From positions 98,315 to 162,314 of IMG/VR virus record IMGVR_UViG_3300028821_000038: a stretch of DNA of 64,000 nucleotides. One strand, 5' to 3'. Each line of letters opens with the position of its first letter. Position 1 is the first letter of the stretch. The position numbers and the translations under genes were made by a program. The notes under the pieces are model-generated. The model did no database searches. It saw nothing but the letters and a program-made list of their open reading frames with translations, and had not been told where the DNA came from. Origin of the DNA: a virus. Of this stretch, positions 1 to 9,278 are shown piece after piece.

Positions 1-167
1 AGCTTGCAATAGAAGAAGAATGCGAGGAAATTGTATTTGAGTTGGAGGAAGGTGATTTATCCCTTAATAAAGCAGGGACAGATAGGTTTGAGTATAGAAT
101 CTACGAAAGGTTTAAAAAAAGAGTAGATGAGTACACAAAAAAACTTCAAGAAAAGGAAATAAAATGA
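1..167 (+). CDS. 3' end of hypothetical protein (partial)
   Basis: Frame open from position 3 (LAIEEECEEIVFELEEG...KKLQEKEIK) to TGA 165-167. Confidence 0.6.
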   Translation, partial: LAIEEECEEIVFELEEGDLSLNKAGTDRFEYRIYERFKKRVDEYTKKLQEKEIK

Positions 168-295
168 AAGAGTAAATTAGAAAAATAGTAGAAGAAATCC
201 CCGAAGATGCTGCATTCTTTATAGTCTACAAACACGAAGACGGTCACAATGGGATGAGCAGCACAGGGGATATGAATCCTATAGTATATCGTTGA
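164..295 (+). pseudogene. small gene remnant with TAA at codon 4
   Basis: AAGGA RBS, ATGA overlap, ATG AAA GAG TAA then the frame continues IRKIVEEIPEDAAFFIVYKHEDGHNG... to TGA 293-295. Confidence 0.35.
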
Positions 296-330
296 GGTAT
301 CTTCTGGGGTAGTTGTCCGTGGCAGTTGTC

Positions 331-396
331 TTCAAAAAAAAGACTAAGAAGCCGGTAGGCAAGCTACCTGCTGCTTCTTAGCCAGTTTTTTTTGAA
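331..396. terminator. long inverted repeat, possible bidirectional terminator
   Basis: ttcaaaaaaaagactaagaagc-cggtag...ctacc-tgctgcttcttagccagttttttttgaa; A/T tracts on both sides. Confidence 0.55.
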
Positions 397-399
397 ACC

Positions 400-1025
400 A
401 GTCTTCCAAGACCGAGGTTTCTTTTTTTTATTTATTTTTTTTTATTTTTTTTTGCCAAGAATTTTTTATGCGAGGATAAAAAGAAAGGCAGATAAGATTA
501 AGAGAAAATAAAGCTTTGCTAAGAGAACCTTTTGATTGGAGATTTAGGAAATTAAGCATAGTGAGCCCCTGTCGAGTGTCTTTTTACAGACCAGAGAACA
601 CTATACTCAAAAGAACCTCCGTCATGTCGAAATGAGGTTTCTTCGCAGCTGCCGTCGCAGCGATAGCATTTCCGTGGGGTTGCCCGGTCACGGTGACTTC
701 CATATGCAGTGCACTTAGGAAGACGCTACCAAGTGAGTGGCCCGTATACCCCACTAAAACCAACCAAAATAGGCCAGGACAACGGCTTTGCTATCCCCCG
801 TCGGGGAAAATCGCATATCCTTTTCAGCTTTAGGCTTTCGCCCCGTGCTGCCCCCCGCAGGGTTGTGGACTTCTACTATTTAGGAGGGATTTGCAAGATT
901 TGATTTTTTTTGTTATAATTCAAACCTCACAAAACGCTTGGCCCAGCTTCAGTTGGTTGGCTCTCTTGAGCCGTGGGGAAGCTGGGTCAAAACTCCCTAG
1001 GACGCTCACAAAACGCCCCGAAACT
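400..1025 (-). ncRNA. putative long structured non-coding RNA
   Basis: No credible ORF; GC-rich with many hairpins; GNRA loops on minus strand (GGC-GAAA-GCC 833-842, GG-GCAA-CC 677-685); minus-strand -10 TATACT at 1031-1036. Confidence 0.4.
891..919 (+). promoter_or_regulatory. sigma70-type promoter
   Basis: TTGCAA(891-896)-17 bp-TATAAT(914-919) with extended TG. Confidence 0.7.
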
Positions 1026-1030
1026 TCGAA
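926..1030 (+). ncRNA. putative short (antisense) RNA
   Basis: Directly downstream of the 891-919 promoter; 13-bp stem ttggcccagcttc(938-950)/gaagctgggtcaa(978-990); ctcacaaaacgc repeated at 926 and 1005; no ORF. Confidence 0.4.
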
Positions 1031-1182
1031 AGTATAACCAATCATCCTTAATCAATCTTTAGCGGATATCTTTGTGCCATATTCAATATGGTTTAAGGTT
1101 AAAGAGGTGTTTTTTTAATATTTTTACATATTGAAAAGTGTATATTTCAAAATATTAATCAATAAAATCCGACACAAATTTT

Positions 1183-1471
1183 CTCCATAAGTACGTCTAG
1201 GCGTAGTAATGTAAAGCTCCCTATTATCGGGCTTTGAAGGCCACAAGTACCTCTAGGTGTAGTAATACAACTACCTCTAGGCGTAGTAATGAAGAAAGCC
1301 CTATATTTGGGGATTTGGCGAAATCTTAAACGAAAATACACTAAAAAATACACCAAAAATACTCCATAAGTACGTCTAGGCGTAGCAATGAAGAGGCCCC
1401 GTAAAAAGGGAGTTTGCAGTCCACAACTACCTCTAGGCGTAGTAATACAAGTACGCCTAGGCGAAGTAATG
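1183..1471. repeat. six near-palindromic 22-bp repeats (iteron/operator-like), putative origin
   Basis: AA(G/C)TAC(G/C)(T/C)CTAGG(C/T)G(T/A)AG(T/C)AAT at 1189, 1245, 1269, 1368, 1425, 1449; (1+2) unit duplicated with ~180-bp period; AT-rich flank 1100-1180. Confidence 0.9.
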
Positions 1472-1572
1472 GAAAATTGCTAAATTTCTTTATATTTTTA
1501 GATTATTTTCGATGCTTAAGCGAAATGTTGTATATCGCAGTTTTTGATATAATAAACAAAAAAGGATTCCAT

Positions 1573-2043
1573 ATGAAGAAAAAAGAAAGCGTTTCGAAAC
1601 AACTAAGAGAGAAAATAAAAAGGCTCAAAAAAGAAGAGCTTGCTTATGCCGCCCTCCCTGGTGCTCTTCCTCTTGGGGCTGCTCCTGTAGCTGGAATGGC
1701 AATGGGTAACAGAAGTGGGCATAAAACAGCAGGATTCTTCCTGGGGCCATCTGGTGTTCTTGGTGCTGAGGATAAGAATACAGGCAAAAATCACGCTGCT
1801 GAGGCTATTATTGGTCCCGCGCTTGGAGCAGGGATTGTGGGCGGACTTGCTGGTGTTAAAAATTCTGCAGGTTCACCTCTTAGTAGAGCACGCCTAGCAT
1901 CTATTATGGCGACTGGTGGTCTTCTTGGTGGGGCTGCTGGAGGTACATTTTCTTATTATATGGGAAAAGGTCTAGGTAAAAAATATAGCAAAAATGAGGC
2001 GGCTTTGGAGGATATCAATCCAAAATATATTTCTAAAAAATAA
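1573..2043 (+). CDS. cationic Gly/Ala-rich protein with glycine-zipper-like hydrophobic segments
   Basis: ATG 1573 after AAAGGA and TGATATAAT; GAGIVGGLAG and GGLLGGAAGG helices. Confidence 0.75.
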   Translation: MKKKESVSKQLREKIKRLKKEELAYAALPGALPLGAAPVAGMAMGNRSGHKTAGFFLGPSGVLGAEDKNTGKNHAAEAIIGPALGAGIVGGLAGVKNSAGSPLSRARLASIMATGGLLGGAAGGTFSYYMGKGLGKKYSKNEAALEDINPKYISKK

Positions 2044-2050
2044 ATACAAT

Positions 2051-2087
2051 GGGGCCGCATTGCGCCCCTTCTTCTCTTCTCGTTTTT
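2051..2087 (+). terminator. intrinsic terminator
   Basis: ggggccgc-att-gcgcccc followed by pyrimidine/T run. Confidence 0.5.
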
Positions 2088-2201
2088 AATCTTCTTTTTA
2101 CTACTTATTAGTCGTTTGGTTTTGTGATGATTTAGATGGTATATATCATTGGATAGGAATGTTTGCTAGAAATAGCCAATATTATTTATAAAGGAGAAGA
2201 A

Positions 2202-2465
2202 ATGAATTATAAAGATGTGTATGAGACGCAAGGGAAAATAGGGCAGTTCTGCAATGCCCTTAAAGAATATGCGGATCCGGTCGATCTTATGACCGGTATC
2301 GTAACATCAATGACTTATGAGGTTGCTGTAGAGGTTTACTGCCCCAAGAAAAACAGCAACCTCGTAGTTATTGCCCTTGGGGGCAAGAAGCAGGTTATAG
2401 AGGCGCGCCTGTTTCTAGAAGGTGTTAGAGATATAGATATCGTCTACACGCTTGAGTTAAAGTAG
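2202..2465 (+). CDS. hypothetical protein
   Basis: AAGGAG RBS before ATG 2202; upstream TGGTATATAT promoter-like motif. Confidence 0.7.
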   Translation: MNYKDVYETQGKIGQFCNALKEYADPVDLMTGIVTSMTYEVAVEVYCPKKNSNLVVIALGGKKQVIEARLFLEGVRDIDIVYTLELK

Positions 2466-2545
2466 GCTATCTATATCTTGCCTGAGATGGCTAGGGTGTT
2501 TCGAAATGAAGAGCACGCCAAAAATTCAAATAAAAGGAGAATACC

Positions 2546-2719
2546 ATGTATGACGAGTTAAACCAAAGGGCCGCAGAAGCGACAGATAAATTCGATGATG
2601 TGGAAAGCATCATCAAAAACTTCCTCGACGAAATAGAGGATGAAGAAGAGGACATTGAGATGGAATTTATTCCCGAAGGAATAGAGTGGTTTGATCTCAT
2701 GGGATACTGGGAAATATAA
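2546..2719 (+). CDS. 57-aa highly acidic protein (missing from ORF track)
   Basis: AAAAGGAGA RBS; MYDELNQRAAEATDKFDDVESIIKNFLDEIEDEEEDIEMEFIPEGIEWFDLMGYWEI; followed by hairpin and T-run. Confidence 0.75.
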   Translation: MYDELNQRAAEATDKFDDVESIIKNFLDEIEDEEEDIEMEFIPEGIEWFDLMGYWEI

Positions 2720-2800
2720 CCACTCTATGGGGGTTTCCCCCTCCCAGTTCTTTTTTAGCATACATTAGGTATTATCGCTCAAAAAATATAAAGGACGAAT

Positions 2801-3403
2801 ATGAGTAAAAGCACAGAATATCTATATGGGTGTATACCCTCCGATTTTATATATATGAATTACTTGGAAGCTTTACGGTATAAGAGAGACAAAGCGAAGG
2901 CGTTGTACTTCAAGCTAAAGAAGAGCATAGAGGAAGGCGGTGGGACATTCGAGAAGAGAAAAAGAGAGTTTCATGTTTACAATGCATGGAAATTTAATGA
3001 GAAATTAATTGATGAAGTGGAGCAGGATATGGACAATAATGATTATGATACGGAATTGGATATGGAAATATATAAAAAGACGAAGAGTTGTCTATTGAAT
3101 AAGATAAATGATATTCTTGATAGTTCATGGAATCTTGATAGGCTCCTGAAAAACAAGTATTGGAATATTGGATGTCCGGTTGTGAAGATATTGACCGAAA
3201 TACCTGTAGGCAAGAATCAAACCAGAAGAGATATATACCTTAGACTCATCAATATAATATGGAAAGATAAAGATAGTGTTTTGATGGGAGGAGAGTATGG
3301 TTCGTTTCTTAGTTTCACAGATAAGAAGCTAAAAGAAATGATTAAAAATGTGAAAAATGGGCAAGATATAAACTTTTGGCCACATATTAATTCCGAAAAA
3401 TGA
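2801..3403 (+). CDS. hypothetical protein
   Basis: 200-aa ORF, AAAGGA RBS. Confidence 0.75.
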   Translation: MSKSTEYLYGCIPSDFIYMNYLEALRYKRDKAKALYFKLKKSIEEGGGTFEKRKREFHVYNAWKFNEKLIDEVEQDMDNNDYDTELDMEIYKKTKSCLLNKINDILDSSWNLDRLLKNKYWNIGCPVVKILTEIPVGKNQTRRDIYLRLINIIWKDKDSVLMGGEYGSFLSFTDKKLKEMIKNVKNGQDINFWPHINSEK

Positions 3404-3470
3404 TTTTTTTGTAGTATAATTTTCTCAAGGGATTTGTCCCTATTCACAAAAAAGACGAAAAGGACTTAAT

Positions 3471-4373
3471 ATGGATCTTATAAAAATTGCTCATTCTCCC
3501 GAGTTTTCCTACCTTGAAAAGGTGGCTACTATAGTTGATGAGTTTGCAGCTGGAAATATCGATGGTTCTACTGCGGATGCGATAGCTATGGATGTGGGAA
3601 TAGACCCAGAGGATCTTCTATCTGTATATAATCTGGCCTATGGTGAGGATGGATACGAAGACTACGATATGGAGAAGACTGCCGCTGATGAATCTCTCAA
3701 AATTCTTGAAAAAGTAGCAGCAGATCCTGAAGCGACATATCTCGACAAGGTTGCTTCTGTCGCCTATTCTTATGCAGCAGGAGCCCTTACAGGTAATGAG
3801 GCTGATGCGATAGCTATGAATATCGGTGTAGACCCCGAAGATGTTGGTGATTATTTCATCTCTACTTATATGGACGGCGATATGGAGAAGACTGCCGCTG
3901 ATGAATCTCTCGAGTTTCTGGAGAAAATAGCTTACAGTCCCGATTCTACATATCTTGAAAAGGCTGCCGCTGTTGTAGATGCTTTTGCAGCAGGAGCCCT
4001 TACAGGTAATGAGGCTGATGATATAGCCATGAATATGGGTGTGGATCCTAGTGACCTTGTAGATGTGTTTAGAATTGCATATGGTGATGAACTTGACAAA
4101 GAAGCCGGTGTTATAGATGCCGTGAAGAATTTTGGTGGTCATTTGTCCGGTAGAAATGTAAAAAACGCTGAAGAAGCACTCGCGAATGCAGGCCCAAAAA
4201 ATAAATTTTACACGCCTAGTGGTTACAAAAAGGCTCTTCAAGAGATAGATGATGCTAAGCAGGCACTTGAACACGCAAAGAAAATGCAACGCATAAGTAG
4301 GATAGGTGCTGGTGTAGGTGCTGGTGCCCTTGCTGGAGCCGGTATTTACGCTGCTACAAGAAAAAGGCGATAA
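3471..4373 (+). CDS. repeat-containing acidic/basic bipartite protein, putative head-internal precursor
   Basis: Three ~71-aa acidic repeats, nine [LM]xKxA motifs, basic Gly-rich C-terminus GAGVGAGALAGAGIYAATRKRR. Confidence 0.8.
   Translation: MDLIKIAHSPEFSYLEKVATIVDEFAAGNIDGSTADAIAMDVGIDPEDLLSVYNLAYGEDGYEDYDMEKTAADESLKILEKVAADPEATYLDKVASVAYSYAAGALTGNEADAIAMNIGVDPEDVGDYFISTYMDGDMEKTAADESLEFLEKIAYSPDSTYLEKAAAVVDAFAAGALTGNEADDIAMNMGVDPSDLVDVFRIAYGDELDKEAGVIDAVKNFGGHLSGRNVKNAEEALANAGPKNKFYTPSGYKKALQEIDDAKQALEHAKKMQRISRIGAGVGAGALAGAGIYAATRKRR
3665..4020 (+). repeat. intragenic tandem duplication, 213-nt period
   Basis: Identical blocks cgatatggagaagactgccgctgatgaatctctc (3665, 3878) and tgcagcaggagcccttacaggtaatgaggctgatg (3773, 3986). 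Confidence 0.85.
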
Positions 4374-4376
4374 TTA

Positions 4377-4562
4377 ATGTCTCTTGGAGATTTGCAAAAA
4401 AGAGCGGGTATTGCCCGCCAGCTTGGAAACAATATGCTGGCGGGAGCGAAAAGAGGAATTGGAAATTTTAGAAAAAATATAAAATCTCCTATCGAAACCC
4501 TTAAGAGGGGTTTTGGGTCTCCAAGAAAAAGCGCCCATGGCGAATCGCAGAGAGTAGTATGA
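4377..4562 (+). CDS. small basic KxA-motif protein
   Basis: MSLGDLQKRAG start parallels MTLGQLEKNSG of the next gene. Confidence 0.6.
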   Translation: MSLGDLQKRAGIARQLGNNMLAGAKRGIGNFRKNIKSPIETLKRGFGSPRKSAHGESQRVV

Positions 4563-4610
4563 GATAGCCAGAAGATTAGGATCAAGATTTAAACAGAGGA
4601 GATATGGAAA

Positions 4611-5267
4611 ATGACACTAGGACAATTAGAGAAAAATTCAGGATTCATTAAAGATGCTTGGAATGCTAGACCCAAGAAGACTATACTTGAGACAATAGTG
4701 CCGGAAATACATGGTGACATGAAGAAGTACCGAAAAGCTGCCAAACAATATAACAAGGCACAAACAGGTTATATGAAGGCTGAAGTAAAATATGCACAAG
4801 GTAAAGCCAACAAGAAAATCGTAGGTAAACATGAGTTAGCACGCCGAAAAGCAATATTAAAACAACGCAAAAAAGAACTCAAACAGCTTAAAAAAATGAA
4901 AGGTGAAAGAGCAAAAGCTATCTTCTCGGGCGACTGGAAGCGAACAAAAGAGGATATTGGAAAGGTGACCAGTGCTGGTTCCAAGGTGCTAAGAAGAGCA
5001 GGAGAAGGTATAGGAAAAGGCGTTAAGGATTTCGGAGAAAGCATAGGAAGGGGTTATGCAGGTGCTAAAGGTATGCTTAAGAGACAAGAAGTTGCCCCAC
5101 CGCCACCGCCAACTCTCGGCCAGAAGGTGAAGGATTTCTATACAAGAGACTTCAGGGAAGGCGGAGCTAAAGGTTACGCCAAAGGTGCAGCCAAGGTTCT
5201 TGGAACTGGTGCTGGAATGGGCGGTGCAGGATATGGAGCTTACCAGGCAACCCAGCGTCACAGATAA
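4611..5267 (+). CDS. very basic Gly-rich KxS-motif protein
   Basis: AGGAG RBS; MTLGQLEKNSG; C-terminal GTGAGMGGAGYGAYQ. Confidence 0.75.
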   Translation: MTLGQLEKNSGFIKDAWNARPKKTILETIVPEIHGDMKKYRKAAKQYNKAQTGYMKAEVKYAQGKANKKIVGKHELARRKAILKQRKKELKQLKKMKGERAKAIFSGDWKRTKEDIGKVTSAGSKVLRRAGEGIGKGVKDFGESIGRGYAGAKGMLKRQEVAPPPPPTLGQKVKDFYTRDFREGGAKGYAKGAAKVLGTGAGMGGAGYGAYQATQRHR

Positions 5268-5279
5268 GCAAAACAACTC

Positions 5280-5306
5280 AGCGGGGGCCTCCCGCTAAAC
5301 TTTTAT
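5280..5306 (+). terminator. intrinsic terminator
   Basis: agcggg-ggcct-cccgct followed by aaactttttatt. Confidence 0.5.
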
Positions 5307-5411
5307 TCCCCTAATATGGTATCTATTTATGGTGTCCAGCCGGCGCACCAAGTTTTAGCCTACATTTTTTGGTATTATCTGTATAGTATTTTTTTAGCTT
5401 AGGATTTTAAT

Positions 5412-7346
5412 GTGGCTGATGTAAAAAGAAAAAGAGCATTCCCTATAGATGTAGATATGGCGTATTCCAAGTACAGAGAGTTTTGGGATAAGGACTATAG
5501 TGAGATATTTCTGACGATGGCTGGTATTGGTGATGTGTGGGAGTCGCCAAGTGGTAATTTCGAGAATAGTTTCGTGGGTATTTCTACAATAGGCGGCATT
5601 GAAATTTACAAAGACAAAATCTATATAGTGCAAGGCTATGGTATGCAAACCATAGTGAAGGTCATAAGCCCACAGGGTATTGAAATATACGGTATTGGAC
5701 CTACAGGAATATTGATGAAGTCCTGTAATAGAGGGCTGCAGGGCAACCTGACTGTGCTAAACGATGATGAATTAATCGTTGGCTATATGTATGTAAATCT
5801 AAAGAGGTTGTTTTCAGCGCCATATGGAATAGACCTGGGCAGCCTATATGGCAATAAGTATTGGAAGATAAGCAATTCAAGAGTAAGCTCTGTCGCCTGG
5901 GTTAGTGGTGTTCAGGATTTGGGAGGTTGGTCTATCGCTCTATTCAAGAGGGCTGCTATGGAGGACTGTTTTGATTGCGATATAAAGAAGAAATTGGCGG
6001 CAGAAAACAAAGCTTTTGAATGTGAGCAGATAGACAACTCATTCAATCTTCATGGATTCTCTTTTGCGAAGAAGGCAACTCGTTCCATGATAGCCACAGG
6101 CGTAAGTATGTCTATATCAAGAATGGGGGGCTTGGAGTTAATGGATGATATCAAGCCACCCAGTGGAGATGGCGTAACCTGTCTGCAGGCCATAGCTAAG
6201 TATCAGAAGGTGTTCAAAAAACAGAAGCCATCTGCCTCCGAAATAGGAAATGTTGGAAACTTGATATCAGAGAAGTGCAGCTCATATATGATGCGGTATG
6301 TCGTGGAGATATCCAGCTATAGAGAAAGCGTTGACCAGATGTATGAGAATTATGTGGAAAAAAGCATCAGGGGTGATGCTGACGCCAATGAATGGCTTAT
6401 ACAAAACAGCAGGGATGTAGTGTCGTTGATTGCTCCTGCTCTTAGTGACATAACCGCCACCGCGATAGACAATAACACAATAGACCTTCTTTTTGAGGAT
6501 ATTGTGTGGTGGGCGCCAATATGGTTTATTGCAAACCCAGACAAGGTGCTGGAAGGCCAGATTGGGGCGGCATACAACACAGCTAGGCTTATAGATAGAG
6601 ACAACTTTATAAAGGCACTGAAAAATGCCGCGATGAGTGCTCCTCCGCTCCCTAGTGATTCACCATTCAAGGTGAAGTGGGTACTTGCGTCTCCTGCTGG
6701 TACCAAGCCTGCCAAATTTGTAAAAAACACGGCGACTTTCTATAGTTTTCCAATGGGTATATGCTATTCAGCAGATATTATTGCCCGAGCAGATAGAGAT
6801 GCGTTCGATTGGATATGTGAAGTGGAGACCAGGGCTGACGGAATGCTTATATGGGCGTGGAAGAATGTATCGCCACTCAATGAGAAATTCGATATGGTTC
6901 TAAAGTGTTTCAAGGTTACAAATGATGGCCAATTTACAGAAATTGCCTCTACTCATGTAGGGAGATGGGGAACTCCGCTGTCTGGTTCCGCAAAGGCTGT
7001 AGCTGTATCTCCGGATAACACTTTTTTTGTGGTTAGGGATTACTACCTGAAGAATAGCAAAACCGGGCCGATAGCATTTACCGAGGTGAAGGTCAATATA
7101 AATGCGGATATGACCGAAATACTAAATCTCCCCATAGTGAACCACTACGCCAATATAGATGAGGTCACATTGGACTACATGCAAACCAACATACATCACT
7201 GGAATGATGGCTTGTTCGAGTCTGACTGGTCTGATTTTGATCTTGACGACAATACGGTTAGAATGATGACTGGGCAGAGTATAGATTACCTATCGTTCGT
7301 GAAGGGGTACTCTGCTTATAAAGTTGGGGAATTAGGAAGTTGGTGA
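5412..7346 (+). CDS. putative virion structural protein
   Basis: 644-aa ORF heading the tail cluster; no recognised domain. Confidence 0.7.
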   Translation: MADVKRKRAFPIDVDMAYSKYREFWDKDYSEIFLTMAGIGDVWESPSGNFENSFVGISTIGGIEIYKDKIYIVQGYGMQTIVKVISPQGIEIYGIGPTGILMKSCNRGLQGNLTVLNDDELIVGYMYVNLKRLFSAPYGIDLGSLYGNKYWKISNSRVSSVAWVSGVQDLGGWSIALFKRAAMEDCFDCDIKKKLAAENKAFECEQIDNSFNLHGFSFAKKATRSMIATGVSMSISRMGGLELMDDIKPPSGDGVTCLQAIAKYQKVFKKQKPSASEIGNVGNLISEKCSSYMMRYVVEISSYRESVDQMYENYVEKSIRGDADANEWLIQNSRDVVSLIAPALSDITATAIDNNTIDLLFEDIVWWAPIWFIANPDKVLEGQIGAAYNTARLIDRDNFIKALKNAAMSAPPLPSDSPFKVKWVLASPAGTKPAKFVKNTATFYSFPMGICYSADIIARADRDAFDWICEVETRADGMLIWAWKNVSPLNEKFDMVLKCFKVTNDGQFTEIASTHVGRWGTPLSGSAKAVAVSPDNTFFVVRDYYLKNSKTGPIAFTEVKVNINADMTEILNLPIVNHYANIDEVTLDYMQTNIHHWNDGLFESDWSDFDLDDNTVRMMTGQSIDYLSFVKGYSAYKVGELGSW

Positions 7347-9268
7347 TGACTAGAAAAGATGCTTTCGCTGTAGGACATTTCGGTTTCTTTAGGGATGCTG
7401 ATTTGACAATGAAATTGTCCGATGAAAACCTGTATGACCAGATAGGTGCAAATGGGTGGATAGAGTTATGGTTTGGCGGCAGTGATTTATGGCTCCCGGA
7501 TTCTGGAACATATGCGGTGCATGTAACCACTCCAACTACATTTTTTTGGGATATAGTGGACGAGAATGGCAAAAGGACCAAGACTGGCTTTAGTGCCATA
7601 CAGGTGCCATACAATATCAATATGGAGTCTCACTATGGCGATATCATTCCAGAGAATCCCGATGAAGTGTTCGACTATACCATAAGTAATCCTGCTCAAG
7701 ATGTCGTTCCTCTTATATGCTCTAACTTATGGTTCTACACGAACTATTTTTCAGACCAATACTATAGATATAACCTGCTTGTGCTTAATGTGAATCAGCC
7801 GCCGTGGCCGAATGAGATAGATGTAGATATTCGTCCTATGAATGACAACCTAAAGCTCTATCCTGGAGAGTATATTGTTGGATATAGGCCTAAGATAGAG
7901 TATATGAACCAGTTAGCGGTGGTAAAGACAATAAAATCTGGGGATGATGGGAAAATATTGTTCCGACTGAAGGTTGATTTGAATTTTTTATCAGAAAACC
8001 CGACTGCAAAGAGATATTTGCGTGTTTTTACCCCTTCATGGGATAAAGTTGAGGTACTTTTGTTCCCTAGAAGCCCCAATGATATCCTGTGGCACAAAAA
8101 CAGGAGGTTTGTGAATGAGTATTTCAGGTATATTTTATATAACGGAATCATGCAGTATTTGCCGCCAAATAACCTCCTAGATAGGGCAGAAGAGGTATAT
8201 CGAGAGTTTATGGAGGCCAGTAATTATATTTTGAAGCTGGATTCATCGAATATGAGGCTCGTTGCCAGAGATATAGACCGGATTTTAGTAGGAGAGAAGA
8301 TAAAATTGGTCGGATATAGTGCCCTAATAGCTCCATACTTCTTAAAATGGGTGAATCAGCACTTGGTTGACAAAGTATATTACGACCAGTGGGATATTTT
8401 ATACCACATTGTGCTCACTACGCAATACTACAAGGGTTTTGATAGGTTAGATGACTATATGGGCAATATGGTGGGCAATATAGATAAAAATACCGGTCTT
8501 CCTGCTGTGTGGGATGGCGACATAGAGATTGTTGATGGCCAATATGTAATCGCCAATGGCGGGGAGATACAGAAGATTCCAGAATGGGCTATAGAAGAGC
8601 CCATCAAGATAGTCACTAAAGATGGGGTGAAGCAGTATGAGGATGGATATGTTCCGACTAGCGCCAAAGAATATCTCAATCCGAAGCCTGGATACCTATA
8701 TGAAGGTGATACTGGCAGTGGCATATACAAGATAATGGTCGCTGAAAGACCTGTAGATGTTTTTTGCGATATGGAGAGTGATGGCGGGGGCTGGATGTAT
8801 CTTATTGTCAGCCATGCGACAGAAATCGACTATATCAAGCAGCTTGGTGATACATATTCGATAGAGCAAACTCTGTATAGAAGCGAGGATTATGGTGTAG
8901 GGTGGGGCGATAATACCGGTAATTGGTATGGGATTCAGTTCTACAATATGCCTTTTACCGAGATATCGGTCTATCTTAGCGGTGAATATGACAATCCCGA
9001 GGAGGGCACAGGGTATCTGGAGATGATTACCGGTGCATCCGGTGTGGTTGTATCTTTCAAGGATGAAAATACCGATGCCGAGTCGGGACAGACCCTTATA
9101 GTGGATGGTACTGAGATTTTTCGCAACCAAAAAGAAAATCTAGTAAAATACAAGGTAGTTTCACACCAGAACAATACTGGGGGAGTGAACAATCTGGTGG
9201 TTAGGATGAGGGGCGATGAGGATGTCCCATATACAAAAAGATATATCTATATGTTGGCAGTGAGATAA
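7346..9268 (+). CDS. tail protein with fibrinogen-C-like domain
   Basis: TGATG coupling; PTSAKEY...SGIYKI...VDVFCDMESDGGGW fibrinogen-related motif; N-terminal FGFFRDADLT module. Confidence 0.75.
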   Translation: MTRKDAFAVGHFGFFRDADLTMKLSDENLYDQIGANGWIELWFGGSDLWLPDSGTYAVHVTTPTTFFWDIVDENGKRTKTGFSAIQVPYNINMESHYGDIIPENPDEVFDYTISNPAQDVVPLICSNLWFYTNYFSDQYYRYNLLVLNVNQPPWPNEIDVDIRPMNDNLKLYPGEYIVGYRPKIEYMNQLAVVKTIKSGDDGKILFRLKVDLNFLSENPTAKRYLRVFTPSWDKVEVLLFPRSPNDILWHKNRRFVNEYFRYILYNGIMQYLPPNNLLDRAEEVYREFMEASNYILKLDSSNMRLVARDIDRILVGEKIKLVGYSALIAPYFLKWVNQHLVDKVYYDQWDILYHIVLTTQYYKGFDRLDDYMGNMVGNIDKNTGLPAVWDGDIEIVDGQYVIANGGEIQKIPEWAIEEPIKIVTKDGVKQYEDGYVPTSAKEYLNPKPGYLYEGDTGSGIYKIMVAERPVDVFCDMESDGGGWMYLIVSHATEIDYIKQLGDTYSIEQTLYRSEDYGVGWGDNTGNWYGIQFYNMPFTEISVYLSGEYDNPEEGTGYLEMITGASGVVVSFKDENTDAESGQTLIVDGTEIFRNQKENLVKYKVVSHQNNTGGVNNLVVRMRGDEDVPYTKRYIYMLAVR

Positions 9269-9278
9269 AGGAGAAACA

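Noticed and set aside
1183-1471. CRISPR array
   Set aside because: Spacing is irregular (2, ~34 and ~77 bp), spacers resemble each other and no cas genes are present
709-1572. ORFs 709-903, 1159-1356 and the 1414-1572 extension
   Set aside because: They translate structured or repeat DNA and lack an RBS; the credible start is ATG 1573
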